Numbered from the stretch's first letter, positions 25,292 through 38,492 are shown. The stretch is DNA of 64,000 bases from Octopus sinensis (GCF_006345805.1 NC_043002.1:73594001-73658000), one strand, 5' to 3'. Translations and numbers: made by a program. Notes: a model not told the origin generated them from the letters alone.

Positions 25292-25333
25292 GCTGCATTG
25301 AAAAGGGGCAATGCCCCGAAACGCGTCTGTAGC
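25292..25333 (+). ncRNA. Minimal type I hammerhead ribozyme, unit 2
   Basis: Identical to unit 1; GUC site after 25327. Confidence 0.85.
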
Positions 25334-25559
25334 TGCCGGTCAGGTGGTGTGGAGCGTCTGACCTCCCTTGTTCGAAGGTTGTATGGATACAGTTTGTGTA
25401 TCAAATGGCTAACTTGGGGCGGTGGCCTCATGGAGCTAGTAAGCGGACAGCTTTATTCTTATTTTTGTAAGAATGCCATATTAGTATGGCGGTAACTGTT
25501 GTTTTCCGGGAGCGCTGCCGTTGTTCTCTTTTGGAGAGACTTGGTAATTTTAATATTTC

Positions 25560-25618
<59 letters not shown>

Positions 25619-25629
25619 TATATTATTCA

Positions 25630-25855
25630 AAGAAATTCCAACTCTGTTTTTTATGTTTTATTTATATTCTTTATAATATTAATGTAGAATATAGAATATA
25701 TAGTATAAATAGTATATATAGTAAAATGAAATGAAGTATTGATTGTCTTATTGAACAGATGAAATATTAAATATCAAATATTAAGGGACTAGTATACTTT
25801 CTTGCATTAAAGCAGTCTTCAAGGTCCCAGGTTGTGACAGGAGTGTTTCAACTAC

Positions 25856-25860
<5 letters not shown>
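25630..25860 (-). mobile_element. (TA)n-flanked repeat with hammerhead-like motif (second copy ~42998-43200)
   Basis: Near-identical ~230-bp sequences 17 kb apart, each between TA arrays. The motif lies at 25785-25828 and 43147-43190. Confidence 0.6.
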
Positions 25861-25898
<38 letters not shown>

Positions 25899-26055
25899 TG
25901 TAAGATCCGATGATCAAGATGTAGGGAGAAAGTTGGCTTCAAGAAATACGTAGCAAATATAGAAAACAACTTTCAGGAACAATAATGGTTTATTGAGGCG
26001 GAGAGTTGTGATTTTTTTCGTATTGATGTACGATAAGCTGAAATATATATAGATA

Positions 26056-26108
<53 letters not shown>

Positions 26109-26154
26109 CACGGAGGCAACCAGAGTTGCCTACTATGCAAATAAAAATACAAGA

Positions 26155-26247
26155 GTTAACGGATGGGGTCGATAAGATCCGGATTACATATGTTTACGGA
26201 TTTTATCCACATATGTAGCCCGGATCTTATCTACTCCATTCCTTAAC
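26155..26247 (+). other. 93-nt imperfect hairpin (pre-miRNA-like or tiny MITE)
   Basis: 39-bp stem with 36 pairs (3 G-U) and a 15-nt loop, counted by eye. Confidence 0.5.
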
Positions 26248-26305
26248 ACTTGTGTACCTACATTTATATGTATGTGTATGTGTGTGTAAGTGTGCGTATG
26301 TGTAT

Positions 26306-26350
<45 letters not shown>

Positions 26351-27528
26351 ATATATTATATATATATATATATATTATATATATATATCACAACAATATA
26401 ACAACAACAAAACAACCACGGCTACTCCTCAATACTAGCACAATTGATGATCTATTAAACTCCTCAGTCAAGAGCCCTTCACATTTCAACTATCCACTTC
26501 CTCGTTTCCTTGAAATACCATAACTGACCCATCATCATCCTCATTATTATCATAATTGCTACAACCCTTACCACAACTAATCAATAGCAACAACAAGATC
26601 AGTACTGGATGTCGCGGGAACAGTTGCGGACCTACTAAGCAACAGTCTCTAGCTCTTCACAGTCAGGCCACTTAAATTTTTCTCAGAAAAACACAAGAGA
26701 CCCATCATCACCATTGTCATCCTATTCTACTGCTTAATACCTTTACCACTACTACTACTACTACTACTACACCAAATAGTGAAGAATCAATCCTTTCTCT
26801 CCTCACCCCTTTTCACTCAAGTTTGAATGTATACCTGATAGCCCCATGACAAATCTGCTAACTGTAAACAAAGTAAAATTACGAACAGACAAAACCCCAA
26901 AATATGCCGCTATTTTCAATGTGAGAGACTATGCATACCCACTGACTGTAGCTTCATCCACTTACCTGGGACAAGAGGAATAATTCGTACGAGCCATACC
27001 AGCCAACGCCAAACCACACATCTTACAAGATCACCACGACTACCAAATGCTAAATCACGCTTAATAACTTCTACATATGTAACCCGAAATCCTAAAATCT
27101 TTTGCTACTCCGAACATGTCTGAGGTGTGACTATCCTTTCACTCATCTTTCTGGGAATCCATGCACTAGTTAAAGTATGATACTAAACCGCCACCAAATC
27201 CACAGTAGAAACATCCATTATAGTGGCAGTGTTGGTCCAGACTTTCATCGAAACCCAGAAATAATTCATTTACTGGGTACAATAGTAAAATCACAGGCGC
27301 AAACCGTGTAACTTGTGCGGACGAAATGAGCCGGAAGGAAAGGGCTGTGAAGTCAATGGCCAAGAGGCCTGGCCAGAACAGGAAGGGGAAAGAGAAAGTG
27401 AAGGAAGCAAGACCAGGGTCGTTCTCTTTCGGTTTGGTGCAGTCGCCGTGAACGGACGTTAGTGGAGTGAATGAGGGATTGGTAGTAGCAGCGGTTAATA
27501 TTGGATGAGACGGGTGGAGCACGTGTTT

Positions 27529-28098
27529 AGACTTAGCACAACTGGACAGCCAACAATGAGAGGTAAGTGAACCATATCTTATTTCCCCGCATTACAGTTC
27601 CCTCGTGCTACAAGCTATTTTGCTTCTCGTGTATAAATATATTTTCCCTGTTGACCCCTTCAACAAGGTGGTAGCGAAAATAAGAATCAGCAGTGATGCC
27701 GTCAGACCTTTCTTTAGCGAAGGAAATATAGTCGCTTGGATCCGAAAGATCAAGGTGGTGCCCAGGCTACAAGGTATCGACGATGTAGCAGGTCTCATGA
27801 CCCTGTACCTGGAGGGAAGCGAGTTGGCGCTGTACCTCGAGATGGGCGAGGAAGACCTAATTGAGCGTGGCAAAGATCGAACAGCGCTTTAGGGAAGCCT
27901 GTACGGAGGGAACGTACGGTGAGCTTGCTAAGCTGGGAACGGTCAGGGGGACAAGTCGATGAGTATGCCGCGGAGGTTCGAAGACTGGCCATGCTATCCG
28001 GTTTTACCGGAGAGGGTCTACAGACTTAGCACAGCTGAACAGTCAACAACGAGAGGCGGGTGAACCGTATTTTATTTCCCTACATTACAGTTCCCTCG
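27529..28098 (+). mobile_element. Ty3/gypsy gag-like remnant between 77-bp direct repeats
   Basis: Peptide RLQGIDDVAGLMTLYLEGSELALYLEM resembles gypsy gag. Direct repeats at 27529-27605 and 28022-28098. Confidence 0.55.
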
Positions 28099-28199
28099 TA
28101 CCGCATAACTATAACCATGTTCAAAAATGCAACCAAACCAACTCCAGACAACAACCCCTCCCAAAATAAATAAAAAATTCTTATTTAGCCATGATGAAT

Positions 28200-28688
28200 C
28201 TAGCAAAAGAAATATTAAAAAACTTCTAGCTCTCACACAGCACCAACCACTGTTATTGCCCCTGTACACATCTACACTATTGTTATCATTAGCCCACAAA
28301 CTCAACTCAATAATAATGCCGAATGTACGAAGTCTTTCACATTTCACAAATCGAACAAAAGTATCATATCTTAGAGACCTTGCACAGCAAGGGAGACCTT
28401 GCGCGGTGAGAAAAGACATTATGTGAAGCTCTTGTAAAACGCACCTGACCCCAGACATATTGAATACGGAAGTACATCTGTTGGGTTTTGTACTACTCAG
28501 AACTGAAGCTCTTGTAAAACGCACCTGATCTCAGATATATTGGATGCAGAAGTACATTTGTTAGGTTTTGTACTACTCAGAACGAACAACAGAACAATGA
28601 AAACAAAGAGAAATAGCGATCTTTATCCAAGAAGGCCTGGAAACAAATGTCCTCCTCTCTCACTCCAACACAGTGTACGATATACCAC
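28200..28688 (+). mobile_element. Old, internally deleted APE-type LINE remnant (continues at 30522-30700; paralog at ~46600-47180)
   Basis: NVRSL and KQREIAIFIQED motifs resemble APE endonuclease. The SLILRGPQLFNFLPK segment resembles a LINE ORF2 C-terminus. Confidence 0.5.
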
Positions 28689-30492
28689 CAGAACAGTGCA
28701 TAGCAGCCAATCCTGACAGCAAGGTTTTCTGGAAATATGTGCATTCAAAGCAGAGACCTCACTCTCCAGTAGGCCCTCTTCGCAACCCTCACACAAACCA
28801 GATCACTGACGACCCCAAGGAATGCGCAGAACTCATTGCCGAGTGATATGCAAACATATTCACTGTTGAAAGTCAAAATGTACCATCTTCACCATCACTA
28901 ACAGCAAACTCCATAACAACTATGGAATTTACACCCGCAATGCTGCGACGTCACCTTCAAAATAAGCGCAACTATGCCTCCCCTGGTCTCGATGGAGTTA
29001 CATACCTGCTTCTCAAACGTGGCAGGCACTTCCTTTTACACCAGCTTTCTATTTTCTTCCAGTACTGTCTCAACAATGGTGCTACTCCGAAGCAGTGGAA
29101 AACTGCCAGTGTCATTCCTCTGTTCAAAAAGGGTGACCGCACATCACCTGTCAACTATCGCCCAGTCAGTCTCACTAGCTGTATTGCAAAACTGATGGAA
29201 TCGTGTGTCAGAGAAACACTCTGGAACTTCTGGAGCTCTCACAGTCTCATCCGACCCTCACAATATGGATTTGTCCCTAACTCCAGCTGCAGTGACCAGC
29301 TTGTCGAGTTCCTTGAGGACATTACTCAGATCACTGACAGTGGCTCATGGGTGGATGTTGTCTACCTTGACTTTGCTAAGGCTTTCAACTCTGTGCCACA
29401 CAAAAGGCTTATGGTGAAACTCTCTGCAATGGGTGTGGGGGATGACCTTTTTAACTGGTTGAAATCCTTCATCCTCAGCCGAAAGGAGGTAGTCACAGTT
29501 CTAGGACAGCACTCTACACCATATGAGATGTCATTGGGTGTACCACAGGGATCTGTCCTTGGTCCCCTCCTGTTTGTGGCATACATTAATGACATAGATG
29601 CCAATTTAAAGAATGCCACAGTATTGAAATATGCAGACGACATCAAGCTGTACCTTGAAATCAAGAGGACTGATCCTGATGTCTACAACTCTTTCCTGCA
29701 ATCAGACCTAGACACAATGCAGCAATGGATCACAGACTGGCAACTGAAACTGGCTGTGGACAAGTGTACCACCATGCATTTTGGGAGAAAAAAACCCTGC
29801 GTCCACATACTCTCTCCACAACACTGATATCAAGAAATCCTCTTGCGAGCGTGACCTAGGCATCACTGTCAGCAGTGATTTGCGTTGGACAAAGCATATC
29901 TCTAAAATTGTCAAGAAGGCCGAGGGTGTCTTGGCATCACTCAGCAGGTCTTTTGTTAGCCGCTCTCCAGCCATCTATTTAAAACTGTATACAGCTATGG
30001 TACGACCACACTTGGAATTCGCATCATCAGTTTGGAATCCCTATCTTGCTCAGAACATTGACCTCCTGGAATCTGTCCAGAGACGTGCAACCAAACGCAT
30101 ACCCTCCATCAGACACCTACCATATTCTGAGCGCCTTGTTTCCCTGGGCATGGATTCACTGAAGCTCCGGCGTCTGGCGACGGACTTGGTAAACACCCAC
30201 AAGGTTATCAACCACCTCACCAACAACAACACTGAACACCTTTTTGATCTCCATGTGTCTAACACACGTGGACATGCCTACAAAGTCAGAAAACAACACA
30301 GCTCCCATGACTTTCGGAAACATTTTTTCACGCTCAGAGTTGCTGAAGCATGGAATAAACTGCCTGCGTCAGTTGTTGACTGCCATGACACTGCATCCTT
30401 TAAGGCCCTCATGCTTTCCGAAATCCGCCGAAACTACACCTGATTATATATACACTTTCGATGAGTTGTAGTGCACCTGAGCACTGTACACA

Positions 30493-30521
<29 letters not shown>
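28689..30521 (+). mobile_element. 5'-truncated CR1-clade LINE
   Basis: RT motifs (YLDFAKAFNSVPH, GVPQGSVLGPLLF, YADD), the CR1 C-terminus (VRPHLEFASSVWNP...TRGH...FFTLRVAEAWNKLP) and an (ATT)n tail. Confidence 0.9.
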
Positions 30522-30523
<2 letters not shown>

Positions 30524-30768
30524 GATATACCAGCTTCGAAATCACAAGCAAAATCACTTTATTGTACCAGTCTGATGTTAAGAGGTCCTCAACTGTTCAA
30601 AGTAATCGGAAATATAAAAGAGACTTCTAAACTAACAATAATACTGGACTAGTCAGCCATTCAAGGATGCACTCAGAGAAGATCAGCTGTTACCAATCCA
30701 ATCACAGACCAAAGCCTTGACAGTGGATTTGATAGGCGGAAATGAAGACCATTGTGTGTGTGTGTGTG

Positions 30769-30815
<47 letters not shown>

Positions 30816-31471
30816 GTGTGTGTGTGTGTGTGTGTGTGTACAGTCTTTCAAATTACTAACGACGTAATATTTGTTTATTACCGCTACCTTAGCGAAGGCG
30901 GGGGGGGGGTATTGTTTTCATTCGTGTTTGTTTGTTTGTTTGTTTGTCCGTAGACAAGATATCCTAAGAACGTCTGTATGGATTCGAATGAAACTTTCAG
31001 GGATGGTTGGCCTTGTGACTAGCACGAACTGATTAGATTTGGGGATCGTTCTGAATTATTTTTCATATTTTCTTTACATGTATATGTAAAGTTTTCACAT
31101 AGTTCTCTTGTACACGCACACACATACACACATATACTCACACATTTTCAGCGTTGAACATTACCATCCCATTTCCACTGTACGAGCGCGCAAACATGCC
31201 GCTCTTTTACTCACTCTTCAAACGCCGCTTATCGACTTTTTCACTCCTTCATTCGTTATTCATCTATCACCCCTTCCTTTCTCACGACGCTCTCTTTGCC
31301 ATTTATCTCCCCTACCTTCCCTCTCACTCTGGCTCTATTTTATATTTATATATATACACACACACAAATATATAAAAAGACAACACTCATTATTATATTA
31401 GGAGATTAAACATACTTTTTAACACTTTACTTATATATATGCATAATTTATACATAACACTTTACTTACAT

Positions 31472-31774
31472 TTCGTTTTTGGATTTGGTTTGCAAGATTC
31501 TTTATGAGTTCGTGTGTTGAAGCTTATTCTGTTGTGTCTGGGGAGAGTCATTCTCTTTTAGTGCCTTATTTTTAACACACTCACCGGTAAAATTTCCACT
31601 TATTTCTTATTTTTTTTATTTTCTAAAATTTTCGTTGCAACCATTTCAATATTCTTGACTCTCAAGAGTCAAATTTTAGAAAATAAAAAAAATAAGAAAT
31701 AAGTGGAAATTTTACCGGTGAGTGTGTTAAAAATAAGGCACTAAAAGAGAATGACTCTCCCCAGACACAACAGA
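31472..31774. mobile_element. Fold-back element with ~105-bp inverted arms and 13-bp target-site duplication
   Basis: Arms at 31527-31631 and 31671-31775. ACTTTACTTACAT flanks at 31459-31471 and 31775-31787. Confidence 0.75.
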
Positions 31775-31899
31775 ACTTTACTTACATATATACATATTTC
31801 TATACATCGATCTAAAACAACACGATTACTAAAGGAAGACCGGAATTTAAGAGAGGAGAAAACCAAAAGGTCTCATGACATTAATTAAAGGATTTTATT

Positions 31900-33140
31900 T
31901 CAGATATTCTCATTTAAAAATCATCTCCGGTTAATCATTGAGAGGGACGTTGGTGTTGCGTTGGCGGATGACTGCGCTCTTTGAGTGCTCTTGTTCTATT
32001 TAAAAACTACTCATTGGAATTCAACGAAATTTCCCCAGAATAATAGCGATACGTGGTGTGTAAAAATACGTGAGGTTTTGCGCACTTGTAAACAAACCGC
32101 AAACATTTGCATGATCTCCACGAACTTGCAGTGTTCCAAATTATTGACGAGTGGTTTCATAATGGTATAATTATGGGTCGTAAATGTGACTTAACTGCTT
32201 CAGAAAAATCCGTTATTACTTCTGAACTTACAAAAGCTAAAACAACATTAGAAACATCTAAAAATAAATAGAAGATATCACCAAACTGGGAAAAAATTTG
32301 TTACAGCACTTACGAAGATAGAGAGTCGACAAGGGTCAGTCGAAGACTATTTCTCAATGTTCTCTGTCACAAATTAAGTGTGAAGCGGTAAAGAAGCCAG
32401 GTCTTACAAGTGGAGAACTTTTCAAGCTCTTTGGCAAAACAACTGTGTCCAGAACTATCTGATGTTGTTTTCTGAAAAAGGTCGGTAAACCAGTGACGTC
32501 AGTTAAAAAGGCCTCCTTTAAACAAAATCGTCAAAATTATGCTGCTTTTGCCTTTGATTGTGCATGTACCATGAGCAGAAACATTTCAGACATACAAAAG
32601 AGATTGAAATACATCTTTCCTGGTACTTATTTTGTACACTATGAAAACCACTCTCCGGACCTTGTCCTCGAAGAGGTAAGGATCTACGGTTGCCATGGTC
32701 ACTGTTGCATTGAACTTTGCTCACTAAATCACAACCTTCTGAAAGTGCTATGGACCTGTCTTTGTGATGAAAATGTCATCACGTTGCAAGCCTGTCTATC
32801 AAACAAGAGAATGTTCAGCACACTTTGATGTTTGAAGACCTGACTCCGAACCACAATGATGAAGCATCGTCCGACATACTGTGCTGTAATGCATGTACAT
32901 AAAAGTTTGTGCAATGAAAGCACTTTGGACACCCTCTTGGAAAACTTCATCGTCAAAACGAGCGAGTAAAGAATTATTTTGGGGGAGATTTGAGGTATTA
33001 CTTTTCGATGTATAATAATAAAATATATTGTTATACCTGTGTTTGTTTTTATATTAAGACTGTAAAAAAATCGGTCTTGTTTGTAAAAAATATTTGGACC
33101 TGAGTTTGCACCCGCTAAGCAAATTTCGTGATTATATGGA
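31900..33140 (+). mobile_element. Decayed Tc1/mariner transposon (paralog at ~47430-48430)
   Basis: MGRKCDLTASEKSVITSEL from ATG 32173, and EGKSTLEISK..GRYHQ in the paralog, resemble the Tc1 N-terminal HTH. Many stops. Confidence 0.6.
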
Positions 33141-33602
33141 GAGGAAGACGCTTTTCTCATGTGCAGGGGAAAACACTTTACTTAGGAATATCTAAGAGTA
33201 ACGTCCCTTCCACCATTTGGCTTACAACTATAATTTTAAATAATACCTCGAAACTATAGTCCGTATGTATCACTTAGGTTTTCGAGAGGGGATGACCTCC
33301 TTTTGCGAATATCAGAAGGGCACAGAAAGTGTGTCTAAAGCCAGCTGGAGACGATGATCTCCTGGGGCTATAAGCTTCAGTAACACCCACCCCCAGTGGC
33401 TAGCCACATTCAGATGGCTAGTACACTTTACGTTATAATTTTAAACTTTTTTATTTACCTCCACTCATCGGAAGTAGAAAATCATTTCCTGCTTTATATG
33501 TCTATAGTTGTCCGAATTCAAAACTTGTAATTGAAAAATGTTGAAGAACACGTAGGAGGTCAAAAACAGAGTAGAGAAGTCACTGAGCGATTTATATATT
33601 CT

Positions 33603-33642
<40 letters not shown>

Positions 33643-34599
33643 CATTCTTGTATTATATTTATATGAGTTATATCGACAATGTACATAAAAATCTACGAGA
33701 AAGGGGAAAACATGATACTCCTTTGTCGTTCTAGCCGTCAGGAGTGCAGCGAATTAATGATGGACACGTTGGTAACCAGTAACAGCGGGTCTATTGTTCA
33801 CAAATTGCGATATAAAATTGAATAATGGAAAATAAACAGGTACTTATCAGGACCAACTGAAGACCCAAACAATTCAGGCCACCACCATCCGGGAGCCATG
33901 TGCTAGGCGATGTCACGTTCTGTATTAAGGGTTATTCAAATATAAAAACAGATTAATTTTTAGGGGTTATTTTCATTATCATAATCACCATCAGGAATGA
34001 GCTGGACTGTTCGACAGGAGCCAGCAAGCTAGAGGACTGCATCAAGTTCCAGTGTCTGCTTTGGCAAGGTTTCTGTGATTAGATGCCTTTCCTAATACCA
34101 ACCACTTTACTGAATGTTCTGGATGTTTTTTCGTGGCACTGGCACTAGTGGAGCTACCAAAGATAGAAATGGGAACAGAGGGGTATGTAATGAGTGGAGA
34201 TATGGTCAATCAGGAATAACAGTTGAAAAGGGGAGGGTGTAGGAGTGAGTCATGGAGCTGGTAGGTGGCACCACAAATGATGTGAAGCAAGAGAGATGCA
34301 TATTGCAGGGTCAAAGGCAGAGGTACAAAAGGATGGAAATAGAGGGAGACAAACAGAGGTAATGGCAGGGGATGCGGTTGTCAAGATGAGGAGGTATACA
34401 GAGAAAAAGGGAAACTGAAAGGGGTGTTCAAGGGAAAATAAGGTGGTAAGGATACTGAGAATGCACAAAACAAAGGAAGTGGTTCCTGGGAGGGTGGGAA
34501 ACAGGGAAGTCAAAACAGTCAGATTTGTAATAGGAAGGTGAGTGCAAAGAGGAGTTTTGAAAGAGAGATTCGTCAGGCACATAGACATAAACAATATGC

Positions 34600-35130
34600 A
34601 TTTAGGGCTTCATTTTTGCTTTGATCACAGTCATTTTAGTCCTTTCTCAGTCATTTCAGTCCTTTCTCATCTTCATGCAGCTCAACATCTGGTTGTCGTT
34701 CTTCACCACTTTGTCCCACATATTCTACAGGTTTCATCCACACTTAGCAATCAGCACTTCTTTATGCAGCTGTCCTCATTCATACACATGACCATACCAG
34801 CACAGTCTTCTCTTTAGTATACTACACCTGATGCTTTATTTTTCTCAACACATTTACACTTCATCATACATGTACATCTCACATTCAGTGAAGCATGCGA
34901 GTTTCATTTCTTTCTAGCTTTCATGTGCTCTACATTCATGGCCCACAATTCACTACCATGTAACATTGCTGTTCATACACAGGCATCATACAATCTGCCT
35001 TTCATTGAAAGCTCTCTGAGCTTAGTCCACCCAGTTCTTATTCTAGCAACTATACTTTCAGAGTATCCTCTTGCACTGCTAATTAGGTCATCTACATAAC
35101 AGAAACTATCAACTATCTTTAAGTATGCCA
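34600..35130 (-). mobile_element. RTE-clade LINE C-terminal fragment
   Basis: The minus strand has a degenerate RL.WYGHV..MNEDSCIKKC motif, shared with the plus-strand fragment at ~39120-39340. Confidence 0.55.
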
Positions 35131-36797
35131 TGAGAGAAGATAAATCTAAAATTTGGAAACTATCCCTCCATCTGAGAAAGAAATTCTCTCTTCAAAATCG
35201 AAATCAATCAACATCAATGGAAATTGTAGCTGTGATACCAGTGCTGGTGGCATGTAAGTGAACCATCCGAACGTGGCCGTTGCCAGCACCACCCCGACGG
35301 GCCTCCGTGCCGGTGACATGTAAAAAGCACTATCCGACCGTGGCCGTTTGCCAGCCCCGTCTGGCACCTGTGCCGGTGACACGTAAAAAGCACCCACTAC
35401 ACTCACGGAGTGGTTGGCGTTAGGAAGGGCATCCAGCCATAGAAACATTGCCAGATCAGACTAGGCCTGGTGCAGCCTTCTGGCTTCCCAGACCCCAGTT
35501 GAACCGTCCAACCCATGCTAGTATGGAAAGCGGACGCTAAATGTTGATGATGATGATGAAAATGGACAGTCGCAAACTGTCAAAATACTGCCTCAATAAA
35601 TTTTGTCCAAACAATGCCAGCATGGAAAAAATGGACATAAAGACAACAATGACGATAATGTTTGAGTAGTGACTATTTGTTCCCTTTCACATGTGCAGTA
35701 GGAGACAAGGAGTACCAAACAAAACAAATTTGATTAAAAAATGAAAACAATTTGAAAAAAACAATGACAATTATTGCAGCTGAGAGAGTATAATTGACTG
35801 AATTTACCCAAGTATATTACTGGTATTTATTTAACCAAAACAAGATAAAAGTTAAAGAAAAGTCAATCCTGGTGGGGTTTAATACAAAATGAGATTAAAA
35901 CCAAATAGTGTGAAGTATTTAATGTAATGCTATTATTTCTGAAGGTCTAGACCAATGGTTCACAGAGTGGACAGTACTACCCCCTACCCATGAGGGCAAT
36001 GGAAAGATCCAAGGTGTGTTGAAGAAAAGTTGGTCAATAACGGGGTGGCCAAGGTGGATGTAAAAGCAACAAAATAATGGATTAATTAGGTTAAGTTTTA
36101 ATTGTGAAATAAATAGTTGTTTGGAATTTGCTGCAGAAAGTAGCCTATGTTTGTGGTGGTGAGTGGTGGGGGGTGCTAAGAATGTGACCTGGAGGTTAAG
36201 GGGACAGCTGCCTGAAAAAGTTTGGGAAACATTGATTTAATATTTCAGCATTTAAACTGGCCATATCTAACCAAAATATACATCCTCCTTTATTATAAAA
36301 CTAGTCAGACCTAGCTTCTTACAAAAAACATCACTCTAAAAGTTAAGTTACCTTATCAAAATCCCAAAGCTACAACGTAATGCATGATTAATTGAAAACA
36401 ATGTGTATAGATAAGCATTACATTTGACATAGTAAACTGAATGCTAAAGGGTTAATAAAACTTAAAGAAATAACAAAACAGGTAAAACGTTAAAAAATAT
36501 AACAAGAAAATGATTAGCCTGTGGGTTTGCTAGTTACTTTTCTCATTTGGATTTGCTATTTGTTCTTGGTTAGTATCAACATCACCAAATAGACTTCAAG
36601 ATGGAGAAAAAAAAATAGCTGAGTAAGAATTACATAAAACAAAGTGTTTAAAATCACTAGGCTTTCAAAACTTTTTTTATTTCAATAAAATAATTGTCAA
36701 AATATTACAGGTGTAGATGAGATGAATAATGAATGTATAATGAATCGAGAAATGTTGTTGAGAATAATATTTCAGATGACACTGGCATTGAGAAGAA

Positions 36798-36893
36798 TTA
36801 AACTGGTCTATCATCTCCTCGGATTGCACGATATTTAGCCATTTCATTTGGAAATACTTTGCTCAGCTCTGCTATAAGAGTAACTTTAAATTT
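36798..36893 (-). CDS. MED10: Mediator subunit 10, exon 4 (last)
   Basis: TTTCAG|KFKVTLIAELSKVFPNEMAKYRAIRGDDRPV* matches my recall of human KFKSLLIQELSKVFPEDMAKYRSIRGEDHPPS. AATAAA on the minus strand at 36676-36681. Confidence 0.95.
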   Translation of the reverse strand, partial: KFKVTLIAELSKVFPNEMAKYRAIRGDDRPV

Positions 36894-36951
36894 CTGAAAT
36901 TAAAACAGAAAATAAAAGCTTAATACAATGTAGTAGTTTTGTAACTACATA

Positions 36952-36998
<47 letters not shown>

Positions 36999-37094
36999 GT
37001 GAGAATTTACGAAAAAAAACATAAGATGAAGATGGGTGAGCAAACAACAAACAGATGTATTGGTTTAACATTCAGGAAATAAGAAAGTCTTTTA

Positions 37095-38130
37095 CGAGGC
37101 TGCAAAGAGAGAGGTTTGGAGATGCCACTATGAAAGGTTGCTCAATAAAGAGAATGAATGGGAGAAAGAGAGTCTGCCAAATGTCAACCCAATAGAGGGA
37201 CCAGCTATCCAAATTGACAGTGCCTTGGTAGATAAAGCACTTAAGAGTACAAAGACAGGGAAAGCCCCCGGCCCATCAGGAATCACCGCAGAGATGCTAA
37301 AAATATCCGGCAGTGTCAGCTATAGCCTAGTCACCCATATAGTTAACCAGGTGACAGCACCATAGTCAACTGCTACAAAGGTAAAGGTGACACTTTAGAT
37401 ACAAATAATTACAGAGGTATCAAGTTCTTGGATCAGGTAATGAAGGTCATGGAGAGGGTCATAGCCCAACTAATTAGGGAGAGAGTCAGTTCAGATGAGA
37501 TGCAGTATGGGTTTGTGCCAGGGAAAAGCACCACTGATGCTATATTTCTGGTAAGACAACTGCAGGAGAAATACCTAGCCAAAGATAAACCTCTGTACCT
37601 GGCTTTCGTTGACATGGTCCCCTGATCCCTTATCTGGTGGTCAATGAAGAAACGGGATAGTAGAATGGTTAGTGAAGGCTGTGCGAGTCATGTATAGGGA
37701 CGCTGTCAGTAAAATGAGGGTTGGCAACGAGTACAGTAAAGAATTCCAGGTAGGGGTAGGGGTCCACCAAGGTTCAGTCCTCAGCCCCCTCCTATTTATC
37801 ATAGTCCTCCAGGCAATAACAGAGGAATTCAAGACAGGATGCCCCTGGGACCTGCTCTATGCTGATGACCTTGCTCTAATTACTGAGTCACTATCAGAAC
37901 TAGAGGAGAAGTTTCAGGTGTGGAAGCAAGGATTAGAATCAAAGGGCCTTAGAGTCAACCTAGCTAAAAAAAAGTCCTAATAAGTAGGAAGGCAGACAAA
38001 CTACAAATCCCTTCAGGTAGATGGCCCTGCTCGATCCATAGAAAAGGCATAGGTAGACACTATAAGATATATCTAGTGTAAGCTATGGATACATAAGAGG
38101 TGCAGCAATATCAAAAGAAGGCTAACTGGG
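37095..38130 (+). mobile_element. RTE-clade LINE RT fragment in MED10 intron 3
   Basis: LQEKYLAKDKPLYLAFVD; GVHQGSVLSPLLFIIV...LLYADDLAL...GLRVN. Confidence 0.85.
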
Positions 38131-38389
38131 CTAATCGTGAGCCAAACACCCTAACCACTAAGCCACAAGCCTTCACTCCAAATAAATACATGGAAGATGG
38201 TTGGATAAATTGTCAAAAATATGTGTGATGTGCTTACATTGTCAGCAAGAATGAATGGTCATATAGCCATATCTGTTTAGTTTTGTGCACACTAAGTATC
38301 CATCCCAGCTTTACAGTTACGACAATTTTATTTTTAAATTATCAATAATCCTTCACCTAAAGACTGTCTGAAATTTAATCTTAACTTAC

Positions 38390-38492
38390 CTTGAAATTAT
38401 CGATTTTTCCTTTAACTAATTCATTTTTAGCAAGAGCCTTTTCTAGGCATTCTTTGGTATAAAGATGTGGGTTTTTCCCTCTATCAATGCAA
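38390..38492 (-). CDS. MED10: Mediator subunit 10, exon 3
   Basis: TTTTTCAG|t-CIDRGKNPHLYTKECLEKALAKNELVKGKIDNFK|GTAAGT, 103 nt, phase 2 to 0. Confidence 0.96.

Larger units (their letters stand above)
24894..25563 (+). repeat. 363-bp tandem repeat (~1.85 units), retrozyme or PLE pseudo-LTR-like
   Basis: AGATTGTCAGAAGCG at 24894 and 25257, with about 5 substitutions between units and none in the ribozyme. Confidence 0.9.

Noticed and set aside
24809-25495. ORFs of 107 and 65 aa in the 363-bp tandem
   Set aside because: No recognisable domain. The first is a chance fusion across an insertion junction, and the conserved feature is the RNA fold.
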